Below are positions 1 to 11,743 of a stretch of DNA of 64,000 nucleotides, one piece after another. Both the position numbers and the translations under genes were made by a program. Numbering within the stretch: the first letter of the stretch is position 1; each line of letters starts with the position of its first letter. The stretch covers positions 1 to 64,000 of the forward strand of contig NIVC01003173.1 in the NCBI GenBank assembly GCA_002269645.1, in the 5' to 3' direction. This stretch comes from Macrostomum lignano (taxonomy: Eukaryota). Under the pieces are notes generated by a model. That model did not search any database. It was not told the DNA's origin and worked only from the letters and a program-made list of their open reading frames with translations.

Positions 1-50
1 GAGAAACTCGACTGAAAAACAAGCTTAGAATACTTATACACAACAAAAGG

Positions 51-199
51 AAGTATATAATCTTTTGTCTGTTCTTTTGGTTCCTATGGCAGAGAAAGGC
101 CGAGGACGCTGTTCTCAGGCCGAGGCGAAGCCGAGGCCTTAGAATTGCGTCGAGGTCTTTCTGCCATAGACACCAAAAGAACAGACGAAGATCGTACTT
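51..199. other. ~150-bp imperfect inverted repeat (single long hairpin) with central AGGCC-GA-GGC-GAA-GCC-GA-GGCCT
   Basis: Left arm tcttttgtctgttcttttggttcctatggcagagaaagg (61-99) pairs with ctttctgccatagacaccaaaagaacagacgaaga (157-191). The centre (117-139) has tandem G.A mismatches and the GCGAAGC triloop (125-131). Confidence 0.9.
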
Positions 200-317
200 A
201 ATCTACAGATATTGGAAGCGACTGGGAGTGGGAGTGAGGTATTCGTCAAAAGCGGGGGTGTGGGGGCGCAGCCCCCCACATTTAACCATAAACATAAAAA
301 TTAAAGTAAAAGATTCG

Positions 318-821
318 ATGCTTAAATTAAAAGCGATAAAGGAAAGGTTTGGGCAGCTTGGGCACACCCCAGATCATGAGCGCTGCCTTCCGTGCATCTA
401 TAAAATCAACGACGGCTACCGACCGGAGCAATGTAAGCACGAGAACCTCTTTCTGACTTGGTTTCGAAGTAAGTCTGCCATTAAGAGCGACAGATTGTAC
501 CAGAATGGACCTATCGGCCGGCATACTCTCGACTCCATTGTGGCGAATATCACCAAGCCCGTGTCTACGGATGGTAAATTCTCAAACCAGTCTCTAAGGA
601 AGACATGTGCCAGCACGTTGCATCGGGCTGGACTGGCTAGGGACGATATAGCCCGCGTCACTGAACATTCGTCCAACGCAATTGAGAGTTACATACGGCT
701 AGACGTCCAGGACCATTCGCGTATGACCTACGCTCTACACGCCGGAGGAGCCGTGGAGTCCAATGGCGGACCAATGAGCAAGATGTCGTGTCTGAGGGTA
801 CTACCAAGAAGATGCGCATGA
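318..821 (+). pseudogene. Crypton-like tyrosine recombinase (DUF3504-type) C-terminal remnant
   Basis: ERCLPCIYK...PIGRHTLDSIV...FSNQSLRKTCASTLHRAG...VTEHSSNAIESY matches the Crypton/DUF3504 pattern RCPV...PIG.NTL...TNHSLR.T....L...G....TGH.S.....Y. The catalytic His is replaced by Q and the G of TGH by E; the 5' end is truncated. Confidence 0.8.
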
Positions 822-969
822 CTGTCCACGGTGACACCAACACCGTAGAAATCATGTTTGATTGAATCGGCAAGAATGAATCGGTCTTTACTGCTGTTGA
901 TAGTTTATACTTCTAATGGACTAACTGACAAATTATAGTCATTTTAAAATGTTCTCAGGCCTTGTTATT

Positions 970-995
970 AGGCCTGTTAACCGGTTAACAGGCCT
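970..995. other. Perfect 26-bp palindrome aggcctgttaaccggttaacaggcct
   Basis: Read directly from the sequence, about 150 bp downstream of the recombinase stop codon. Confidence 0.9.
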
Positions 996-2087
996 CGTTT
1001 TGAGTTCTTAGGCTTCGTTTTTAGTGAGGTTTGGCCATAGACTATCGTTCCACTAGAAAAGAAGGAGCCTAGGAATTTAGTGTGAACCGTCATATATGTA
1101 GGTTAAGCATCAGTAAATTCTTTCTAGCTTTAGAAAATCAGATTTGACTCGATCACTGCTGGGCACAGACGCTATAGGCAGAAGTTGCAGAAGAGACAGA
1201 TGAGGCAGCAATAACCGTCCCGGGCGAAAACCGATCCAGAAGATTCTGTTTTTTGTCTTCATTCGCCCGAGTGGAAAGCCTATTTAAGTAAAGACTTAAG
1301 AGAATAAAGCTCTGAATATTCTATTGTATGGGTAATTGTTAAAACAAATTGCATTGGCATGAGATGTACGAGCAAAAGCTTCTATAATTATACTATATTG
1401 AGCCCGGATGAAGAATTGGGAAACGAAGGCTACAATAAAAAATTTCTCCCTTTCAATTCCGATATCGTATGAGTCTACTTCAGCACGTAATTCCCTGCTT
1501 AGCTATCGCTGTCAACAGCTATAGAAAAGCCCATTGAGCAGCCCTAAATATTTTAAAACATGCTCGCTTGATCATACAAAATTGCTATCCTATCATCTCA
1601 TTACCATCTTCTCTCCGATAAAAGCAACGATTATTACTTGACGGATTCCGTTTTGTTCCGCTGTATTGAACGCAAAATAGATTAGTTGAAAGGACCATGC
1701 TTGCCTAAAAGCAATTTTAGGCGTTTTTATTTTGTTTTTTTAGAAATACTTGATCAAATTTTCTGACGTTGCATGATATTGTTAGTTAACATAGGCATCA
1801 CGGAGCTGCATGTGACCGAATTTTACAGGCGCAGATTTAAACCAAGTTACATGTAAATGCTGCATTGGCTGACTTCACGACCATGGATAAATTGAATTCA
1901 GCTTTGTCCCTTTTTACAACTTGCTTAGATTATTTAAGTTGTAATGCGTATGAGCCCGAATAGACTGTAGAAACTTGATACTTATTTCATAGCGTGACAC
2001 TGTAGTTAACACATATAAATGCACAAAACTTCCGTATAGCATATTTAAACTGCAAAGTTTGTTTTAACTAATCCAAGATAAACATAC

Positions 2088-3413
2088 CGGATAAAAAATT
2101 GGCGAATCTGTAGTCATAATTCCAATCTTTTTCCAGCGGAACAGTTTTAGTAGGTTAACAGCTGGCGCAATATATATGCTATTGGTGATGGCCATTCTGA
2201 TGAAGAACGGATAAGTTGCCTTGTCGCTTAGAGCTGGCGATGTGTTCGAGTACCCGATCTGGATGAGCGCAATCAGTATTGGTTGGCTGGGTGATTTGTC
2301 ATTTATTTAGAAAGCCACTTGCTCGAGAGTGACTTCTATGACTCGTATTTAGCATGGCACTTAGGAATCATAACCCCTTCCAGTTGGTTAATTACACTCT
2401 CACGGAAGTCCTACATTGCATTACTTTATTGCATTTTTATTTAAGCTCACCTGAGGCAGGTAATAATACTGAGCCAGGTCAGCAACAACCTGGGACTGAT
2501 GAGAGTAGGTCGCTCCCAGCAATATCGCCTTGTTAAAGCCCCTCAGGTAGCCGTCAATGAATGCTTTGGAAGCGCTCCCAGATTTTTGCTGCGGAAGAAA
2601 ATCGAAACAAAGCTAATATTTGTTTTATTAGAATGCGCTTCTGTGTTGCCTGGCGATTGTTGTCTCGGGGATAAGCAGTGCCAGTGAGCAGGGGGGGGGT
2701 GCAAAACTTGCTTTTACAGCCTATGTGGATGCATAGTGTGGATGTTTGGATAACTGCAATAATTTAAAAAGCATTCAGCATTCGTGAATTGTCAAATTGA
2801 AATTTCGTTAATATTAATTGGACAAATCTGACTGCATGCGTTGAGAGACATTGAAACCGGTAGCATACATACGCTCGTACTTGTGTTTTTGCTCCATTGC
2901 TTATTCTTATACAAGTGTACCGTATTGATTTGGCAGCAGCAAAAAGTAGCTGCAGAAACAAAGAGAAAAAGAAACAGGCCTAACCAGATCAAACGATCAG
3001 AAAGAGAGAGACGAATCTTTACTTTCCTTGTTGGGACACAACGAGAGGTCCCAACAAGCAAGTTCTGAGCAAATGGCATCGACCTCCGGAAGTCAAAGAG
3101 GCGAAAAACTAATTGCCAAGAGTACATGTAAAAGCAACAAATTAATTTCAAGTGAGCATTCAGCAGCAATAGCAGCACTGACCCCTGCAGCGAATCGAAA
3201 CTCCGGCACCAGCTGCATCGTCGGAAACAAATCCTCGCGACTGTTCACGTAGTCGATCGAATAGTTCAAGAAGAAGACATCGTTGTAAAACAGTTCGGCT
3301 GTGCTGCCTACGAGCAGGATGTGAACCGACTGTCGCGACGGGGCGGCCAGGTGGACGCTTCTCTCCGACATTTGGCTGCATAGAATTATGGCTATGGATA
3401 TTAGAAATCGCAT
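2088..3413 (-). CDS. GABA-B-like / class C GPCR (or receptor guanylyl cyclase) Venus-flytrap ectodomain, exons 1-3; gene continues leftwards
   Basis: Exons 3413-3183, 2588-2451 and 2258-2088 are all phase 0 with GT-AG. They give a signal peptide MRFLISIAIILC, then NYSIDYVNSREDLFPTMQL, KAILLGATYSHQSQVVADLAQYYYLPQ and IGYSNTSPALSDKATYPFFIRM...LLKLFRWKKIGI, matching the ANF-receptor/GABA-B motif (ISY.S.SPALS.R..YP.FFR). Further exons between 1.1 and 1.9 kb were not resolved. Confidence 0.8.
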
Positions 3414-3624
3414 CGTTAACAGAGTAGAGGAGCTTTGCGGCTGGCTTTTAGCAAATACGCCGTATTCCTGGTCAGGATATCTACTCTTCCTGTCCCTAGG
3501 AGACACTCCTGGTTTCTCTTCTGCAGATATTTAATCCTTACAAAACGGTATATGCTCCATACAGAGCAGCGTCTTATTGGATAGATAATGCCACAGCCAA
3601 TTGACGGTGATGCCATAGGAACTG

Positions 3625-4061
<437 letters not shown>

Positions 4062-4960
4062 CATATATGATTAATATTGCAGAGGTAGCTACTTACAATT
4101 AAACTGGTATGAAATATTGTATTTTGATTGGGAAATTTGTTTGCCTTGGCCTGTGTTCAATTCATCGTCACACTGCTCGTGACTTACTCTTTCGCTATCT
4201 ATCTACTTTATGAACTTTCATAACGCCCACAATTGCTGCCTGCTATAGTTGATGATATTTTATAAATTTCACGTCTTAATCGTTCCCTAACTGAAATTTC
4301 CCGGTCAATTAGCCAGAGGGACTTGTTGCCGGTTCTCTCATAAGCGTCGTTGCTGTGCATTTTTAATATTGCATCAAAAAATTAAAAAAGTGGTAAGAAA
4401 ACTTAGTGAAGGAACTTTGCATCCTACGAGGTACGAGATTAGGCTTCGCGGAATGACAGCTGTACCTCTACTATCGTAGGCGGTTTTGCATATCGGTTAT
4501 ACAGTAAAGAGGTTAGTGTATCTATAGTGTCTGTTACATCTGAGCCGTGTTTATGAGTTGTCCCAATGCTTCTCTACAGTCTTCTCCACCGCTTGACACA
4601 CACAAGTTGCGGCCCGAGCTTTAGAGAATAAGAAAGCTGGCATGAAGAATGCTGGGCTGCTTGCTGCACTGTACTGGAGTTCTTGTTGGGTTTAGGGCTT
4701 TTGCAGCACAATAAAGAGCAAGGCAGAAAGGCAAATCGTACCCGCACACTCGCACACACCCAATTGCGACTGGCAGACAATGAGATTTCGGTCTGTAAGC
4801 TCGAAACGACCCTCGAGGCTTTCTGCTTTTCTTTATAACAGCAAAAATGCCCAGCTTTAGAGCCACTTAGTGCAAGAAAAAAGAAGCTTGTTGAGTAAAA
4901 TTTACTGGATACTTCTATATTACTGGCCCCTGCTGACATCATCGATTTATCGAGGTCATA

Positions 4961-6340
4961 ATGCATCTGGTGCGTCTAGTACTTCTGCTGGTCCTACCAT
5001 CGTGTATTTCAGTTTTTCCTAGCGTTGTCGCATCGTCCTCGGGCCAGCTGGGGCCGAAGAACACCATCTACGATGGCCTACTGGCTTATTTATTTGAAAA
5101 CGAGACAACGCCGTACAAGGCGAACGCTATGCCAATCTGCGAGCTGGGAAAGAAGCTGAAGATTCAACAGGATATGCTGCTTATTCAGCTGTTCGATCTT
5201 GACGAACCAACCCAGATGCTCACGGTTGACGTCTGGGTTGAATCGACATGGAAAGACTGTCGGCTGACATGGGATCCGAAGCGCTTTAACAATATTGATA
5301 ACTTTGTCATCAAGGCGGAGGAGATCTGGTACCCCGATCTTATATTCTACGAGTCTCTGCACGGAAACTTCGAAGAGGGCATGTTCATCTACGGCGAGTC
5401 CAAGGCCAGAATCTTTAGCGATGGCTCCATTCAGCTAGGAGCTCAGGCTGTGTTCAAGTCTTTCTGTCGGATCAACATAGCACAGTTTCCGTACGATAGA
5501 CAGCGCTGCAACATCACGTTCAGTTCTTGGACGAAGGATACCAGTAATTTCTTGCTTGTCAAGAAAGAAGAAGCGCCCGGCAAAAAAGAAGATCATGCTT
5601 TTGTCAGTGCCAGCAACGGTGAGTGGATGGTGGAGGGTTTCCCGTCCTTCGATCGCGTAGCGGACAGAAAAGTCGGTCTCGATGAAGCTTCTGGTCGTTC
5701 GAGACAATATAGCGAGGTTGCTTTCCAACTGCGGCTCAAGCGAAAGTACATGTTCCAGCAGGTCTATATGCTGTTCCCGTGCATGCTGCTCACTTGGCTG
5801 ACGCTATTCGTCTTTATCATGCCAACCGAGTGCGGCGAGAAGATAGCTTACGTCACCACTATTCTACTGTCGTTGATGGTTTTCCTATTGATGGTGTCGG
5901 ACAACATTCCCCGATCAGGCGACGCTGTACCGGTGCTAGGAATCTACTTCTGCATAGCCATAGCACTAGTGAGCCTCGCCAACATCAAGACTATAATCAG
6001 CTACAACATATCGCTGAAGGGTAAGGACTTCTGCATGCCAGCCTGCTTCATTAAGATACTGGAAAGCGGCAAGTACGTCGGATTGCCGCTGACGCATCAC
6101 AATGAGGCCGCTGTCAAAGTCATCTCGTTCGCGATGAAGCCACGACAGGCCGGACAGAATCCGGTGACGCGTCACGAGGATTCCGAGGTGCCGCTGTCGA
6201 CGACAAACCCAGAGAGTCATTTCGGACAGGACGAGAATAAATGGCGTTTTCTAGGAATCATTTTGGACAGAGTTTTTCTCATCATTTACTTTGTCTTGAA
6301 TCTGGCTGTGTCAATATGGATTTTGACCAGATGCGACTAG
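4961..6340 (+). CDS. Intronless Cys-loop ligand-gated ion channel, nicotinic acetylcholine receptor-like non-alpha subunit (459 aa)
   Basis: Signal peptide, IWYPD motif, Cys-loop CRINIAQFPYDRQRC, four TM helices, cation-type GEK before M2 (ECGEKIAYVTTILLSL). No vicinal YxCC in loop C. Confidence 0.95.
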   Translation: MHLVRLVLLLVLPSCISVFPSVVASSSGQLGPKNTIYDGLLAYLFENETTPYKANAMPICELGKKLKIQQDMLLIQLFDLDEPTQMLTVDVWVESTWKDCRLTWDPKRFNNIDNFVIKAEEIWYPDLIFYESLHGNFEEGMFIYGESKARIFSDGSIQLGAQAVFKSFCRINIAQFPYDRQRCNITFSSWTKDTSNFLLVKKEEAPGKKEDHAFVSASNGEWMVEGFPSFDRVADRKVGLDEASGRSRQYSEVAFQLRLKRKYMFQQVYMLFPCMLLTWLTLFVFIMPTECGEKIAYVTTILLSLMVFLLMVSDNIPRSGDAVPVLGIYFCIAIALVSLANIKTIISYNISLKGKDFCMPACFIKILESGKYVGLPLTHHNEAAVKVISFAMKPRQAGQNPVTRHEDSEVPLSTTNPESHFGQDENKWRFLGIILDRVFLIIYFVLNLAVSIWILTRCD

Positions 6341-8409
6341 AAGAATGAATTCGATTAGGTTTGAGCGACTGCTGCCGTGTTTCGATCTTCCAAATGTTGT
6401 CAAGTTGAACAAAAATTGTAAGTACGAGCTATGATTGCTTTTTTAGCTCCGGATTGAAAACTTCTGTAGCGTTTTCAAAGTAGCTTAAATTATTTTACGT
6501 TGTTCATTTTATCACAATAAGTTTAAAATATTGCTTAGAAATTACATATGCATGTAAAAAACCCTTTTTGATTAATTTACCAATCTATTTTGTTTCTATT
6601 CCTAAATTCTGTTTCAGTTTCTGATAATCAAACTTTAATAATTTCAACCTCGATCTATAGTTATCTTTCTTCATGTTCGCATCGCAAAGACGTGAAGAAG
6701 CCAGCTGAATTTCAACTTGTTTTACCTTTAGCACCCAGTTTTAAACTCGATTTGGCAAATACAAAATTACCAATTTGAGTTGATATAGCTAAGACTGGTT
6801 TCTATATGGCGTCTGACCATAAAAGTTGTTCATTTTTTCATTGCAAATTCCTTTTTTCGCAATCTTAATCATTTTTTCGATCTTTGTTATACACAGTTCT
6901 AGAGTCCATACATGTAGTCACCTAGTGCCACCTGCACAAGGTTCCGACGGCGCCAGGATGATCACCTATTGCTTGAGTTAAACTGTTGAAGATGTCCAGC
7001 AGTTTAGCTTAAATCAGAAAATTCCAACAGTCGCAATAATAGGGTGTTCATAAAGTCATCTGGTGCCACCTGTTGAAAGTCCAAAGACTGCCTAAAGTGA
7101 AAAATAGATCGAGGCCCAGATGAGATGCTTCAGATTATCCAAGTGGTCAACGTGCTGATGAAATTTTGAAAGCTTGCATGGAAATGCCGCACTGAGGCGC
7201 AGTGCTGATTGGCGCGCAGGGGTGTACTGAACACAATAGCACTTACATGTACAGAACAATCTGGCAGAATCGCTGAACAACCCGACGGTCTGGGGGGCTT
7301 TCGACTTGATGTTTGTCAGATTCTTGCTTAACTTTTTGTGCCTGTGTGTTGCTCCGTTCAAGCGCAGCAAAATCTAGTCAGGGTCAAGGCGATTAAGCTT
7401 CTACTGTTAACGATCATTCTCCGTTTCCAAAATGAAAGCAAACTAAAATCCAATTTTTCGTGACATATAGAAAGAATAGCTACTAACGCCAGCAGCAACG
7501 AGTGCATACATAGCGTATTTAGCTAACAGTCAAATACAGTAAGTACACATCATCCTACACACACTATTTGCCCACTGAGGAGGATCGATCATCAAGACGA
7601 CAAGTTTACCAGCTGCTGCAAGTTCTTGGATATGGAACTTATTTGTAGCGCTCAATTGTTCCGTTCCACACGTCTTTTCCTCTACGTCTTTCAGGCATGC
7701 TAGAACAATTTAAGCCTTTGTATAGGGGAATCGTCCCGAATCGAACAGCAGCAACGAACTCAATTTCCTATTTCCATATCTGACAGAACTGCCAATTTTT
7801 TCACGGATATGAGTGTCACCTAATTTGATCCTGAAAAGCTTTCGTTGACGATCGATACTTCTCTGCACGTGTATCGAAGAATTTTTTTGGAAACTGATAT
7901 ATCGTAGATCAGGCCTCAGTATACAATTATTAGTACATACATGTATAGTACATTGTAAGTCATCCGCATATATTGAACTGATGAGGACGCACTTTTTTCC
8001 AAACCCCGCGCTAGCACATGGGCTCTAAACTTACTAGCCTACTACTCGTAACAGTGGGCAATGGGCATTTTTATCCCTTTTCTGCGAATAGTCATAGAAT
8101 CTATACTAGATATAATGTCGGGTCATACTAGTAGTCATAATAACATAGGCGCAGCTTTTTGGGTCATAAATCATCGCTTTCGAAGCTGGTCTGACAGCCA
8201 CCTGCGCCTCACTCAGTGTTGAGACGGGCGCCAGATGGTCTGAGAGGATGCGGGCGGTAGCTTTTTTCTCATCATTTTGACAGGCCATCAAGATTTATGA
8301 GGTCAGAGCCTATTGTTCGTGTTCACTCAAGCGTGTGACAGCTTTGACAGCTATGCGTTTTACCCCTAAAAGTACTTCGGGATTAGCGATTAGCAATTTC
8401 TCTCCATTA

Positions 8410-9726
8410 CGAGGGGTGATCAAAAAGTTCTGCAACCTTTTGTTATAGCTTTTAGTTATAGAATCGGGAAAAGACAAAAACTTACACATATGCAGCTGTA
8501 TCTGTTTGCTATATTTATATGCATTTTTGGCTTCCAAATGTGCTTTAGTAAAATTTCACAGCCATATATTTTCCATGTGTTTTCAGTAGCTGATGGAAAC
8601 AACAAGACAGTGTTCGCTTCTATATCTTTATGTGCATGCAACTTGGTTGCAAAGTGACTGAGATTCACACCGATCTGGTGAATGTTTTAGCTGACTCTGC
8701 TCCATCATTTGACATGGTTGCCCGCTGGCTGCGCCATTTCTTGGAAGGCTGGGACAGCTTCAACGATGAACCGAGGTCTGGCTGACCCCGGACATCCGTG
8801 ACCGAAGATGTCGTGGCCCATGCCGATGCAATAATTCGTGAGGATTGAAGCATTATGCTAAGATTCATTGCCTATGAGCTTGGTGTCAGCTGCGGAAGTG
8901 CTCATAACATCATGCATGAGCAACTAGGCCGCACAAAGACCTGCGCTCGGTGGGTACCCCATCTTCTCACTCCGGAGCAGCAAGCAGAGAGGGTGCGCAT
9001 CTGTCGCTTGTGGCTGCAAATTTTTGAGCCCCACGGCCCACGACGACTGTCGGATGTCATCACAGGAGACGAATGTTGGATCTCCTTCTTTTACCATGAA
9101 GGATAAGCAGTCCAACATGGTCTGGCTGGCAGAAGATGAGCCAAGGCCTGAGGTGCTGAAGACCGGATTCCGCAGTCGGAAGCGGATGTTCACCATTTTT
9201 TTCAACTCTCAGGGTGTTGTATCGGTGAACATCCTTCCAGCGGGTGCCACAGTGACTGCCAGGTACTACACAGACACTGTTCTGCCAGGCGTGCTGCAGG
9301 AGCGGCAGGAACGTGCGCGAACCAGGCATGGACCTCGACTCCTGCTGCACCATGACAATGCGGCACCGCACAGAGCGGCATCAACCATGGCGTACCTGGA
9401 GCAGCAGGGGGTCCGGCTGCTGCCCCATCCACCCTACTCTCTAGACCTAGCACCTTGCGACTTTTGGCTGTTCCCGAGGATCAAATCCGTCATTTCTGGG
9501 AGGCCGTTTTCACGCATGCAAGACCTTGCCCAAGCGGTACATTCAGCTCTACAGGGCATACCAACTTCGGAGTACCAGGACTGCTTTCAGACATGGTGCA
9601 CACGGATGCGACGGTGCATAGATAGTGGTGGAAAGTACTTTTAGGGAATGTGACACTGATTAGACGCCTCGGCTGCTGTAGCACAGAGTTGTGAGGTCAC
9701 TTGCAGAACTTTTTGATCACCCCTCG
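8410..9726 (+). mobile_element. Mariner (DD34D) transposon, 1317 bp, transposase pseudogenised
   Basis: Perfect 26-bp TIRs cgaggggtgatcaaaaagttctgcaa (8410-8435; 9701-9726) with TA duplication. WVPHLL, TGDE, HDNA and HPPYSLDLAPCDF motifs with a 34-residue D-D spacing. In-frame stops and a frameshift split the ORF (8855-9106, 9024-9644). Confidence 0.95.
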
Positions 9727-9853
9727 TATCATTATCAATGTATATTTTTTCATTAATTTCTGTCAATCCTACGCGAAAAGTCATAAATCATTTTGTTGCG
9801 ATTTTGAGTGATTTATGGCCGCACCTGTCATCTTTTTACGACCCTGTGGGAAC

Positions 9854-11246
9854 TGACAGGATCTCTCGGTCACGTGATTCTGGGTAGCAACAAGCTTAGC
9901 CAATCAGAAAATTCGGCGCTCATTTTAACAAAACGGCTCAGCCAATCAGAATCGACGTGTTCCATTATAACAAACTGCGGTCCAGTTGGCGGCTATTTAA
10001 ACTGGAGTTTTTGGCCCGCTCGGACTCCAACTTGCTCGGGCCCAGCACGCAACTTCTGGTTCCCGTAGCGCGACCGTCGTTTCTTGATCCTCGGATTGCG
10101 ACTTCCCCCCCCCCATCATCATCAAGGACGAAACCCCCGGTCGTCAGCAGCGAACATCAAGCGAAGATCATCACCTGCTAGCTATCAGCGAAGATTGTGT
10201 CAGCATCATCCTGAGTCTACAGCTGCGAAGCATCAAGCCGATTCGGTCACTGTGGATTTCCTGGTCTCCGGCTGTTGAGTTTCTGATTGGTTGGGTGAGA
10301 GGCTACCTAGACTTGCTTGATTGGGTGATCCCCTATCTGTCCCCTGTTTCAGTAGCTGAATTAGGCGCACACTTTTGCTCATTTTGTTCAGTAGTGCTGT
10401 TGCTGAGGCAGAAATCACTTAATAATACGGCTAGTAGTCTGAAACTCCAATTCGATCTGAAGTGTGAAGTGATCTAAGGAGAAGGTTAAATCTAACAGTT
10501 GTTTTTATCGGTTTTAGTTCTTTGTTCGCCGATGGCTCAGATGAGTAGCTAAGCTAGTAGGCGCCGGTCACAGTGGACCAATGGCAAGGCGGTTCTCAGT
10601 CGATCAATCTATCAAATCAGTGAGCAAAACCGCCAGAAGTGCAGAATCGGCGCCAGAGATGTACTTTGTGCACTCTAGGTTAGCCAAGCGGCTCGGGTAA
10701 TGAATCATGCGGTCTCTGAAGTTCGAGTTAGTTTATCATCAGCGCTATGAGAGGCTAGTTGGCGCGTTGAAGGCCAAAAGTACATATCTTCGTATTTAGC
10801 AATGTAATAGTACATGTAGCTACCTCATAGTCTCGCCACTGCAAGAATCCCCTGCACAAGTCCCCTCTGTACCTGCATGGCCAATGCGATCTAGTCCCAG
10901 CAGTGTCCCTTATCATCGGCTATGACTTCGAGATTGACAGCAAAAAGACACTAGTTGGCAGGTAAGTGCAAAGCCCCTTCTAGTCGGAAGCCCGATTTCG
11001 AGAGTCCCGGTGTGGTGAGCCAGGACGCACGGGCTGGTGGCAGCGAGTTAGCTTAGTCTGCGGGTTAGCTAATTTCTACCTTCAAAATTCTCCCTGCTTG
11101 TCTGCTAGACTGCTCGCCACACGATCAAGCTACCATGGGGCTGACCATCTGACAGGAGTGGGGGGCCAGGACTCTAATTGATTTATTTCTGAGACCTGAG
11201 GCCCGAAGGCTTCCTCACAAGGGGCCTGAAAGGTCGAAACCCATCA
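9854..11246 (+). mobile_element. Probable solo LTR (1393 bp)
   Basis: Starts TGACAGG and ends CCCATCA (imperfect terminal IR), flanked by the 4-bp direct repeat gaac (9850-9853; 11247-11250). Two agccaatcag CCAAT boxes and a tatttaaa TATA-like box lie near the 5' end; no coding capacity. Confidence 0.65.
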
Positions 11247-11339
11247 GAACATTATACGAGTTTCATTTGTTCTTGTTCATTTGTTTGTTCGTGTTCATTT
11301 CATTTGTTTGAACAAATGTCGTACATTTGTTCTTACCTG

Positions 11340-11610
11340 CCTGCCGAGATCAACTACCGAGACGCTGCCGGGGATCGGCAATCATGCTTACCCGTTGCCA
11401 GCGGTTCCTGCACCTCAGCGGCCTCGTGCCGGACGTTGCCGACGATCTGGTGGCCTGGGTCGTGTTTCGTTCTGTGCGCTCCGTGCTACATTCTGAGACC
11501 CTGGATGACGGGCTCAAGGCTTGGCTGTTTCAGGCAGTCGCTGACACTGTCTTGTACAACGCCGAGACCTTGGAGAAGCAGCTGGACGCTGCGCATGCGC
11601 ATGCATATAT
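11340..11610 (+). mobile_element. Fragment of an RTE-like non-LTR retrotransposon reverse transcriptase C-terminus
   Basis: LTRCQRFLHLSGLVPDVADDL..AWVVFRSVRSVLHSETL...LFQAVADTVLYNAET.LEKQLDAAH resembles the RT thumb motif F.YLG...AW.AF......L......LF.A.V..VLLY.AETW, with internal deletions. Confidence 0.7.
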
Positions 11611-11743
11611 TTCTGTCTATGACAGATGGGTTATGTCATGTACGCCCTGCATGTTCCAGCGTCAACGCTTTGAATTTATTTTTCAGTTATTTGATTTATT
11701 TGCTGAGTTTAGAGCCGGTGTAGTGTAAAAGTATACTTGCTAA

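Noticed and set aside
6900-8300. Possible spliced minus-strand gene or transposase remnant
   Set aside because: Splice-like sites are present, but I found no consistent frame or recognisable motif.
11310-11332. Perfect 10-bp-stem hairpin gaacaaatgt-cgt-acatttgttc
   Set aside because: Lies in a low-complexity gttcattt tract, where such pairing is expected by chance.
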